Shown one piece after another: positions 1 to 7,182 of a stretch of 64,000 nt of DNA. Position numbers and translations under genes: made by a program. Below the pieces are notes generated by a model. The model was not told the origin of the DNA and made no database searches. It worked only from the letters and a program-made list of their open reading frames with translations. The stretch is from an uncultured Verrucomicrobiae bacterium. Its GTDB lineage: Bacteria > Verrucomicrobiota > Verrucomicrobiia > Limisphaerales > JAHDYP01. Position 1 is the stretch's first letter; the number at the start of each line of letters is the position of its first letter. The stretch is from contig CAVXWU010000014.1 of assembly GCA_963765535.1 (NCBI GenBank), positions 199,963-263,962 of the forward strand, given 5' to 3'.

Positions 1-1604
1 CCCAATTCCGACATGGTCCGCTCGACGAACGGCGTGGAGCGCTTCCAATAGAATCCCAGATTGCTGTTGAAAATGCGCGCGTTCGGCGAACGGTCAAGCA
101 ACTCCCGCGTGCTTTGGATGACTCCCCAGCCAGTCGCGGGGAACGCCGGAACGGTATGCGCCGCCAGCGCGGCGAAGGGGTTGACGCCGTCAATCCCCAA
201 TCCATTTCCATAGAGCGCCCCGATGATTCCTGCGACGTGAACACCATGGGCCGGATCCGGGCCGATCTCGCCCCCCCCTTCGAAGTAGACATCCGGGTGA
301 TATGGCGAACCGCCGTCGAGCACCGAGGTGACGACCCTCCCGGTTTCCCGCTTCCGGATCGCGTCGTTGAAATTCCACATCTGCGGCACTCGCGCGTACT
401 CCCAGGCCCAGTTCCCTCCCCGGGGTTCGGCAGCCGCATCCCAGTGCCAATTAAAGCCGTCCGGGAACGGAGAACCCGCCACATCCCAGCAGCTTTCATC
501 GTGACCTCCGCCAAACGCACCGTTCTCATCGTTGGGGATTGAGCTGAGTTCAGCCAAAACGTCCGGCACCGCAAAGTCCACCCGCGGGTCGGCTTCCAAT
601 CGAACCGTGACCTCCAGGAGTTCCGATACACTGACGGTTGGAAAGCGGAGCATGAGCATCGCATTCGCAATCGATGCGTCCCTGGGCTGGCTCCCGACGA
701 TGAAGGCGCCTTCTTCGGCCACCAGCGCGTTGAGCTCGCCCACCGTGGTGTTGGTCGCCAGGACCACGATCGCGTGTCGGGTCGAAGCACCGCGCGCCGG
801 CAAGTCCACGTCATCCTCCACCATATCCCGGCCATCGGGATTATAACGGATCGAAGGCGCCCATTGGGCTGCACTGCCGGCTGGATCGGCGTTCACCCGG
901 GTCAATATTGGCGTCCCCTGAATCTGACTCAAATTGACCCCCGTCAAGTCCAGCCCAGTGAGATCGACGCTGCCAAGATCGGCGCCGTCAAACGACGCAC
1001 CTTCGAGGGTCGCGCCCGTCAACAAGGCTCCCGAAAGATCGGCGTTCCCCAGATCCGCTTCCGACAGGTTGGCTCCCGACAGGTTGGCGTTTGTAAGAAT
1101 CGCGCTTCTCAGATCGGTCCCGCTCAAGTCGAGTCCGTTTAAATCTGCGCCGGGCAGGTTTAAGCGGTACGCGAGGCGCATGAAAACCTGGGCATTCGTC
1201 AGGGGGAGCAGGAACTGGTGAGCAAAGCTCGTGGAATCGAGTGCGCCCCCGGGAATGGGCTCTCCTGCTGGTGTCCAGACCAAGAGGTCCGCGCTTGACT
1301 CGAGCTGGAATTCGTTGTGGAGAAACGGAGGTCCCGCGAGAATTGAGTCGGATTCCCACGAAATCTCTACGCCGCCTTCAACCACATTCATTGCCAGCGG
1401 GACTAAGTCGGCCCGGGCAGTGGGATTCGGGCAAGTCCAGGCGCCGAAGATCCACGCCGCCAGGTACACACGACTCACAGCGCTGGCAAGGATTGCGGTC
1501 AGGGAAAACTTGTCGCTCCGGGTTGTCGGGAATTCGGCGGCGATCGCATTATGATCAGGACCATATGCCGCGGACCGGGATAGATATATTCTCAGCGTCA
1601 CCAT
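1..1604 (-). CDS. Pentapeptide-repeat / subtilisin-like (S8) serine peptidase; the C-terminus runs off the left edge of the window
   Basis: Hand translation of the minus strand. The ORF is absent from the track because it has no stop in the window. It reads ...LNLPGADLNGLDLSGTDLRSAILTNANLSGANLSEADLGNADLSGALLTGATLEGASFDGADLGSVDLTGLDLTGVNL (pentapeptide A(D/N)LXX repeats). An I9-like propeptide stretch follows. Then come S8 motifs: VTSVLDGGSPYHPDV (Asp box) and HGVHVAGIIGA (His box). The Ser box lies beyond position 1. The start is uncertain: ATG at 1604, alternative ATG at 1391. Confidence 0.6.
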   Translation of the reverse strand, partial: MVTLRIYLSRSAAYGPDHNAIAAEFPTTRSDKFSLTAILASAVSRVYLAAWIFGAWTCPNPTARADLVPLAMNVVEGGVEISWESDSILAGPPFLHNEFQLESSADLLVWTPAGEPIPGGALDSTSFAHQFLLPLTNAQVFMRLAYRLNLPGADLNGLDLSGTDLRSAILTNANLSGANLSEADLGNADLSGALLTGATLEGASFDGADLGSVDLTGLDLTGVNLSQIQGTPILTRVNADPAGSAAQWAPSIRYNPDGRDMVEDDVDLPARGASTRHAIVVLATNTTVGELNALVAEEGAFIVGSQPRDASIANAMLMLRFPTVSVSELLEVTVRLEADPRVDFAVPDVLAELSSIPNDENGAFGGGHDESCWDVAGSPFPDGFNWHWDAAAEPRGGNWAWEYARVPQMWNFNDAIRKRETGRVVTSVLDGGSPYHPDVYFEGGGEIGPDPAHGVHVAGIIGALYGNGLGIDGVNPFAALAAHTVPAFPATGWGVIQSTRELLDRSPNARIFNSNLGFYWKRSTPFVERTMSEL

Positions 1605-1697
1605 TGGCGAAGACGCAAGCCATTCCCCGGCGTTACAGCCATGGCGAAAAAACTGGTCAGACGCAATTGATCCTCTCGCGCTGCCGCGCCTTTGCTA

Positions 1698-1722
1698 GTA
1701 ACAACCAGGCTGGTGCTGCGTC
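1698..1722 (+). promoter_or_regulatory. Candidate ECF-type promoter (GTAACA-N15-CGTC; AAC to CGT spacing is 16 nt) ending 7 nt before the sigma-factor ATG
   Basis: gtAACa at 1698-1703 and CGTC at 1719-1722. This matches the generic ECF AAC-N16/17-CGT pattern, and ECF sigma genes are commonly autoregulated. Confidence 0.3.
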
Positions 1723-1729
1723 TTTCAAT

Positions 1730-2335
1730 ATGAAATCCGAGCCGGACAGCTCGAGCCCTGTTCCCGAAACCGATCTGCTCGATCTGGTTGCCCGAGTCCG
1801 ATCGGGAGACGAGGATGCCGCGCGCGTCCTGGTCGAGCGGCTTTACAGCCAGGTGCGAAAGATTGTCGTGGCGCACCTGGCCCGGCGCGATGATCCCGAA
1901 GACATCATGCAGGAAGTGTACTTGAAAGCGTTCGGCAAGTTGGCTCAATTTCGAGGTCAAGTGCCGTTCGCGCATTGGGTGGCTCGCATCGCCCTGACCA
2001 CCTGCCTGGATCGGCTCCGACGACAGCGGACCCGGCCCGAGCTGCGCTGGTCCGATTTGGCCGAGGATGAAAGGGCGCTGGTCGAATCCGCCGCCGACCC
2101 TACCGGTTGCGACACCGCCGATGCCGGCATCGCCTTGTCTCTCATTGAAAGGCTGCTCGCTGCGCTTCCCGCCGGCGACGCCTGGCTGCTCCGCCAAGTC
2201 GAGCTCGAAGAGAAATCGCTGACGGAGGTATGCGAAGCGACCGGATGGAATGCCGGGCTCGTGCGCGTGCGATTGTTTCGTGCCCGGCGACGGCTCCAGG
2301 CGGCCTATCAGCGGTTGGAACGGAGGACCACGTGA
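1730..2335 (+). CDS. ECF-family RNA polymerase sigma-70 factor
   Basis: Inner ATG of ORF 1241..2335. Region 2 (DIMQEVYLKAF, FAHWVARIALTTCLDRLRR) and region 4 HTH (LTEVCEATGWNAGLVRVRLFRARRRL) are recognisable. Confidence 0.85.
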   Translation: MKSEPDSSSPVPETDLLDLVARVRSGDEDAARVLVERLYSQVRKIVVAHLARRDDPEDIMQEVYLKAFGKLAQFRGQVPFAHWVARIALTTCLDRLRRQRTRPELRWSDLAEDERALVESAADPTGCDTADAGIALSLIERLLAALPAGDAWLLRQVELEEKSLTEVCEATGWNAGLVRVRLFRARRRLQAAYQRLERRTT

Positions 2336-2625
2336 ACCCACGATTGCGTAGAATTCTCGCACTGGCCCTAAAAGCTTGTCGGTCGCCGGAACCCGGGGCG
2401 GAATCTGATCCCACCCCTGGCTTTGTAGCCCGCGTCGTTCGGCAATGGGCTGCGACTGCGCGCCACGTGAGTTTGAGTGCAATATGGGAGCGCCTTTGTT
2501 GGGGCGGGGCAGTGGTCGCCGCCGCGGTCTGTCTCGGGGCGTTCCTCTATTCCGACTGGGCTCCCGAACGAAATGCATTCGACATGTTGTTGGAGATTCC
2601 AATGACGGACTCCACCACCCACTGA
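2332..2625 (+). CDS. Putative anti-sigma factor / small membrane protein
   Basis: GTG at 2332 overlaps the sigma stop (GTGA), consistent with translational coupling. One hydrophobic helix is present (WGGAVVAAAVCLGAFLY). The position is typical of an ECF partner. There is no sequence-level family call. Confidence 0.45.
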   Translation: MNPRLRRILALALKACRSPEPGAESDPTPGFVARVVRQWAATARHVSLSAIWERLCWGGAVVAAAVCLGAFLYSDWAPERNAFDMLLEIPMTDSTTH

Positions 2626-2731
2626 GGCCATCAAAAACTTCCAGGTCATCCGCATCGTCGCACTGCTCGCGTCGATTTTCGTCGCGGGCATTATCACCGG
2701 CCGCCTGACGGCGCCGCATGCTCCTGCGCTG

Positions 2732-3022
2732 GTGAAGTCGGCGGCCGGCCGCGTGGTCACTGCCGAGTCTCGGTTGAATTTGCTCACCGCTGAACTGGGA
2801 CTGGACGCCGGGCAACAGGCAAAGTTTCGCCCGTTGCTCGAGGATATCGCGGGGCAATTAGCGCGCTTCCCTCCAGCCAGCGTGGAACGGCGCGAGATCT
2901 TCTTGCGTTATGTCCCTAAAATGCGCGAGCTGCTCAGGCCCGACCAGTTCGCTGCGTTTGATCGTTACGTCCAACAAAGCGAGCGGCGTCATGACCGCGT
3001 GCTCCGGCGGCGCACGCGTTGA
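2732..3022 (+). CDS. Spy/CpxP-like (LTxxQ-type) periplasmic protein; the true start is probably upstream of 2732
   Basis: Helical, Arg/Gln-rich protein (LDAGQQAKFRPLLEDI..., LRPDQFAAFDRYVQ). An in-frame TM/signal-anchor helix (IKNFQVIRIVALLASIFVAGIITG, 2630-2700) precedes the first canonical start. See findings. Confidence 0.5.
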   Translation: MKSAAGRVVTAESRLNLLTAELGLDAGQQAKFRPLLEDIAGQLARFPPASVERREIFLRYVPKMRELLRPDQFAAFDRYVQQSERRHDRVLRRRTR

Positions 3023-3026
3023 ACGG

Positions 3027-3848
3027 CTACAAAGATGTCGCTCCTGCGGGGCTTTCCACGATTCCCTTCACCGCGTCGACGATCAGTTCAGGTTCGGTGA
3101 AAACCACTCCATGACCGCTCCGGGTGGTGACGATGTGTTTGGCCTGGGGAAACGTGCTGAGCCATTTCGCCTGTTCGGCGCCCCAGATTGGGATGAGATT
3201 CCTTGAAAGTACATCATGAACCGCAGCGCCCGTGATCAGAGTTATGGGCACTTCCGGCAATCGCGCGACCCTGGCCTGGTTCATGGACGCCCATTGCATC
3301 CCCCATTCCTCCTGGGCATTGACGTCCTCCGTCGTGACGACGTTGATCTCTGGAAAGAGCCGGTTCAGTAAAGCCATGAAACTCTCCTGCGTGGGATCGA
3401 CGAACACCATGCCGGCCACTTCCTCCGGATATAATCCCGCAAACACCCGAATGTAGGGGCCTCCAAAGGAATAGCCCACCAGGATGTAAGGTGGCGCAAG
3501 ACCCGCCTTGCGCAACGCCACGCGCAATTCAGTGGCGATCCGCGTCGCGTCACGCGGCTTCGGCCCCGGCTCCGAGCCCCAGTAACCCGCATGGTCATAC
3601 GAAATCACGCGCGCGAATTGCGCAATCTTCGGTTGAATGCGGTTCCAGGTCTCCAGATACGCCGGGCCGAATGTCTCAAGAACCACCGTTGGACCGCGCG
3701 AGCCGCTGACAAGCATGCGCAGCTCGTGATCGCCGACGGACACTCGAACCGGCATTTCGCGAGCTGCCGCAATGCCTAACATCAGGGCGGCTGCCGTGGG
3801 GACGATGGTGAACAGGGTGATGGATGTCGGAGGTTGGAAAGGATTCAT
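3027..3848 (-). CDS. Alpha/beta-fold hydrolase with an N-terminal signal/anchor
   Basis: 273-aa ORF. It has a nucleophile elbow (GYSFGG), a C-terminal His region (SGHGVVFTEPE) and an N-terminal hydrophobic segment. Its start overlaps the stop of the permease gene by 4 nt. Confidence 0.8.
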   Translation of the reverse strand: MNPFQPPTSITLFTIVPTAAALMLGIAAAREMPVRVSVGDHELRMLVSGSRGPTVVLETFGPAYLETWNRIQPKIAQFARVISYDHAGYWGSEPGPKPRDATRIATELRVALRKAGLAPPYILVGYSFGGPYIRVFAGLYPEEVAGMVFVDPTQESFMALLNRLFPEINVVTTEDVNAQEEWGMQWASMNQARVARLPEVPITLITGAAVHDVLSRNLIPIWGAEQAKWLSTFPQAKHIVTTRSGHGVVFTEPELIVDAVKGIVESPAGATSL

Positions 3849-5536
3849 GGACTGCTGCGATTCGAGCTGAAGGAGCGCATCGCGAGCGCCGGTCTAGCCA
3901 GGGGCACGATGAGAATCGACGCCAGCATGAGCAGGTGCCGAAGCCAAAGTGTATTCCGGCTGAGGATAAAGCAAAGCACCGCCAATATTCCAACCGCAAT
4001 CGACCATCCGGCAAAGTAAACCGCGATCGATCGCGGCGTGGCCATACCCCGCTGTAAGACATCGCCCCAGGCCAGCATCGCGACCAACATCTTCAGAACC
4101 ACGGCTATGGTAAGGATCGCCGGCAATGCCGAGATCGCTGACCAGACATGATAAAGGTGAAGCGCATGGTCGGCGTCGTCGCTTTGCCGGAGAGTCAGGA
4201 CGAACAGTGCGACCATTACGCCGCCCGCGAATGAATTGCCAAGATAATACCACAGTTTGCTCCCGTACAGACCTGCGGTCAGCCGGGCGACGAGTAAACG
4301 CCAGGTGATGATCACGGCTGCGGGCAGCGCCAGGATCAGCATCATCCAGCGCTCGGTGGAGGAGTAATAGAAGCGAAACCGCGAACGCCAGACGATGAGA
4401 CCTTCCAAGTCCCCCACGAATGCGGTCCAGAGGAAAACAAGGTAGATGACCAAAACCCAGGTCAGCAACGCGCTCCCCAGTCCCACTTTCAGCTTGGCCG
4501 CCACCCATTGCCCCGCCGTCACCGGCCGGATGGCATTGAACGTCGCGAGTTTAAGATGGGTGCTCCAGAAATCCGGTTTGCCATATCCGCCACCGATGAT
4601 CATGGCGAAAAGGAAGGGCGCGATGAAAAGCCATTGCAATATCCCGAGCGTGGCTCGATCGCCCAGACCGCCGGAAAGCCACGCCGGCACGCAGGTCAAC
4701 CCAACGATCAGCACGACTAATATGGGCAGGATGAACCCGGTGCGCCGCCATTCCTGCCAAAAGATCGCGTGGTCCGCGGAACGGAAGGGAATCCGTCGTC
4801 GACACATTTTTCCAACCGATCGCTCCCACCAGCCAGACCAGGGGCGCGAACGGGCCGTTAACCCGTGCCGTTGTCGATAGACTCGATGAAGGCTGATGCC
4901 ATAGGCGGCGGGACCGGTGAGGGCCAGCACCACCAGCAGCCGGCGCATGAACTGCCTGGGATCACCCGCATAGCCCCATTCGCTCAATGCCCCGGCGACG
5001 ATGGTAGGGACGAAAAACATCCAGCCGAAGGTGACGATCGAGGCCATGATGGCGAGGCAAAGCAGTTTGAGGTGGCGGCTTTGGGGCAGCGACCAAAGGA
5101 TCATCTGGAATTGAGTCAGCCCGAAAACCAAATAAAGGCATGGCCATAGCAACGGCAGATCCGGACCCAAATGGCGCAGAAGCAGGACGGCGCAAGACAG
5201 GTAAACAACGACCATTGCCACCGCCCCATACAACATGGGGAACATCACCATCGACCGCGTGGTCATCGGCAAGATGAAAAGCCGCATCGGAAAGCTGCCG
5301 AACCCGGCCTTCTTCGAGCCTTCCGTAAAGTGGAAGCAACCCAGCGTGACGAGCAATGCCAGCCCGGACAGCGTGTAGGCTAATGAATGCCCCAGATCGG
5401 CCCATCGACTCGAACCACCCAATGCCCAATTCAACCCGCCCCCGGCCGGCACCATGATCAAGACGGCCATGAAGCCCAACCGGCTTCGCGCCCAGATCTC
5501 CCAACCGATGGCACGCGCAGGCGATCGCATGTTCAA
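3845..5536 (-). CDS. Large polytopic membrane protein (putative ABC-2-type permease), paralog of 12651..14240
   Basis: 563 aa with many hydrophobic helices. It is 4-nt coupled to the upstream ABC ATPase. Blocks are shared with the second copy: WEIW..RL, F.LP..T, LPVT.G, PLAR. Confidence 0.7.
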   Translation of the reverse strand: MNMRSPARAIGWEIWARSRLGFMAVLIMVPAGGGLNWALGGSSRWADLGHSLAYTLSGLALLVTLGCFHFTEGSKKAGFGSFPMRLFILPMTTRSMVMFPMLYGAVAMVVVYLSCAVLLLRHLGPDLPLLWPCLYLVFGLTQFQMILWSLPQSRHLKLLCLAIMASIVTFGWMFFVPTIVAGALSEWGYAGDPRQFMRRLLVVLALTGPAAYGISLHRVYRQRHGLTARSRPWSGWWERSVGKMCRRRIPFRSADHAIFWQEWRRTGFILPILVVLIVGLTCVPAWLSGGLGDRATLGILQWLFIAPFLFAMIIGGGYGKPDFWSTHLKLATFNAIRPVTAGQWVAAKLKVGLGSALLTWVLVIYLVFLWTAFVGDLEGLIVWRSRFRFYYSSTERWMMLILALPAAVIITWRLLVARLTAGLYGSKLWYYLGNSFAGGVMVALFVLTLRQSDDADHALHLYHVWSAISALPAILTIAVVLKMLVAMLAWGDVLQRGMATPRSIAVYFAGWSIAVGILAVLCFILSRNTLWLRHLLMLASILIVPLARPALAMRSFSSNRSSP

Positions 5537-6468
5537 GAGACGGACTGAAGTTGGCCGGGATCAGGACGCGGCGCGGCTTGAGCCACGAAAATCTCGTCGA
5601 GCGACGGAGCTTGTTCCGACACCACGGTCGCGCCCATGGCCCGGATTTGCGCAAGCAAACGCCCATGTTCGCCATGAGAGAGAACCGTCCATTCGTGGCC
5701 GGCACCGCGAAGCTTCAACGCCAGATCGAGTTTCGGAGGCTCCGACAGCGCCACCGGAAACCGAATCACGTACCGGCGGTGACTTAGCTTAATGTCATCG
5801 AGACGGCCGCAAAGAACAATCCTCCCAAGTCGGACCATGGCCAGATGATCGGAAACGCGCTCGACTTCATCGAGCAGATGCGAAGAAAAGAACACCGTGC
5901 GGCCTTCGTCGGCGACAGTGTGGATGATGGCTTCCAGGATGTCCCGGCGCACCACGGGATCGAGCCCCGAGCTCGGTTCGTCCAGCAACAACAACTCCGG
6001 CCGGAACGCCAGCGCAAGCAAAAGCCCGGCCTTGGCCTGCTGGCCCTGGGACAAGCTTCTTACGCGCTGGGCTGGATCGAGACCAAATTGCTCGCGCAAC
6101 TCCTCGGCATAGCGCGTGTCCCATTGGGGATAGAACGACTGCGTATAGTTGAGCAGTTCGTCCACCCGCATCCACCCGGGCAGATCGCGATGCTCCGATA
6201 AATAACCGATCCGACTGAGAATGCCGACGGGATGAGCCACGGGATCCTGGCCGAAGACCCGGACACTGCCGGTCTCGGCCTTCAATAGCCCGAGCAGATG
6301 CTTGATCAACGTCGTCTTGCCCGCACCATTTTCCCCGACCAGTCCGAACACGCAGCCGCGCGGCACATGAAGTGTGACCTCATCAAGCGCTTGCCGGGAA
6401 CCGAACCGGCGCGAGAGTCCGCTCACACTGACGACCGCGTCCGCCGAAGATGGAGAGGGAAATTTCAC
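5533..6468 (-). CDS. ABC transporter ATP-binding protein
   Basis: Walker A GENGAGKTT, signature LSQGQQ, Walker B LLLLDEPSSGLD, H-loop SSHLL. Confidence 0.9.
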   Translation of the reverse strand: MKFPSPSSADAVVSVSGLSRRFGSRQALDEVTLHVPRGCVFGLVGENGAGKTTLIKHLLGLLKAETGSVRVFGQDPVAHPVGILSRIGYLSEHRDLPGWMRVDELLNYTQSFYPQWDTRYAEELREQFGLDPAQRVRSLSQGQQAKAGLLLALAFRPELLLLDEPSSGLDPVVRRDILEAIIHTVADEGRTVFFSSHLLDEVERVSDHLAMVRLGRIVLCGRLDDIKLSHRRYVIRFPVALSEPPKLDLALKLRGAGHEWTVLSHGEHGRLLAQIRAMGATVVSEQAPSLDEIFVAQAAPRPDPGQLQSVS

Positions 6469-6848
6469 GAGGCGTTCATCTTTTCGTGTCGCCCTTCGAG
6501 GAGCTCGAGGAGTTCGTCGAACTCCACACCGAGCTGCCGGGCTTCGGTCAACAGTGCATCGGCGCGCTCAGCCAGGATTCTTTGGCGCTGGCTTTTGCTG
6601 ACAGAAGGCGGATTTTCGGCCACGAACGTGCCTGAGCCCTGGCGTTTGACGACCACGCCGGCCCGTTCCAACTCGAGATAAGCGCGGGCGACGGTGTTGG
6701 GATTGATCATAAGCTGTTCGGCCAGCACCCGGATCGGGGGCACTTCCTCGGCGGGGGGGAGCCCTCCGGAAGCGACGAGGTATTTGACCTGATTGACGAT
6801 TTGAAGGTAAATGGGGGTGCCGGAGGCGGGCAGGACATGGATATCCAT
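6465..6848 (-). CDS. GntR-family transcriptional regulator, YtrA-like (short C-terminal domain)
   Basis: 127 aa. Winged HTH is present: PIYLQIVNQVKYLVASGGLPPAEEVPPIRVLAEQLMINPNTVARAYLELERAGVV. The size and the downstream ABC genes fit the YtrA subfamily. Confidence 0.85.
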   Translation of the reverse strand: MDIHVLPASGTPIYLQIVNQVKYLVASGGLPPAEEVPPIRVLAEQLMINPNTVARAYLELERAGVVVKRQGSGTFVAENPPSVSKSQRQRILAERADALLTEARQLGVEFDELLELLEGRHEKMNAS

Positions 6849-6856
6849 ACGATGCC

Positions 6857-6883
6857 TATAGTATTAATACATTAATACACTAT
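6857..6883. promoter_or_regulatory. AT-rich palindrome/direct-repeat box; candidate operator or promoter of the GntR-ABC operon
   Basis: tataGTATTAATACATTAATACactat. GTATTAATAC (6861-6870) is a perfect palindrome. ATTAATAC occurs twice in tandem (6863-6870 and 6871-6878). The box lies 9-35 nt upstream of the GntR start, in otherwise GC-rich DNA. Confidence 0.5.
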
Positions 6884-6884
6884 G

Positions 6885-7180
6885 TCAAGGACCCGTTCGA
6901 GATCCGTTGCCCCAGGGGGTGCTCGCCCCAAAAACTTGGCACAACCGGCCCAATAGCCACGGCAGCAGTTCCAGCACACCCGCCAGTAGTGGCAACAGGC
7001 GGTCGTCCAACCATCCCTCGTTGGTGCGCATGCGTTCGTAATCGCCGGCCACGGCTTGCGCTTGCTGCAAATGATCCCAGCCGATGACCGGGTCCGGCCG
7101 GCGTCGCGGTTACAGTGTGGATACGTGATGAACCGCTCCTTGGGCACGTCTAACCTCCCGCGCAAACGCCAGCCGATCCC
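6885..7180 (-). pseudogene. Possible 3'-terminal fossil of a BREX PglX-like (DUF7008-type) methyltransferase gene, with a frameshift
   Basis: Two frames read GWRLRGRLDVPKERFITYP... and ...PDPVIGWDHLQQAQAVAGDYERMRTNEGWLDDRLLPLLAGVLELLPWL. They join at about 7090-7110. No start codon and no upstream body exist, because the uvrA stop is at 7183. The family assignment is from memory of PglX C-termini and is unverified. Confidence 0.35.
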
Positions 7181-7182
7181 GG

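Noticed and set aside
114-1554. Several plus- and minus-strand track ORFs (114..542, 532..846, 774..1142, 934..1221, 988..1359, 1231..1554).
   Set aside because: All overlap the hand-translated pentapeptide/S8 peptidase frame, which has clear motifs. These alternatives are Arg/Ser/Pro-rich and lack motifs.
1598-2857. A 419-aa minus-strand ORF, the longest ORF in the first 3 kb.
   Set aside because: It is antisense to the clearly recognisable ECF sigma, anti-sigma and Spy-like genes. It is Arg/Gly/Pro-rich with no motifs. This is a typical shadow ORF of GC-rich DNA.
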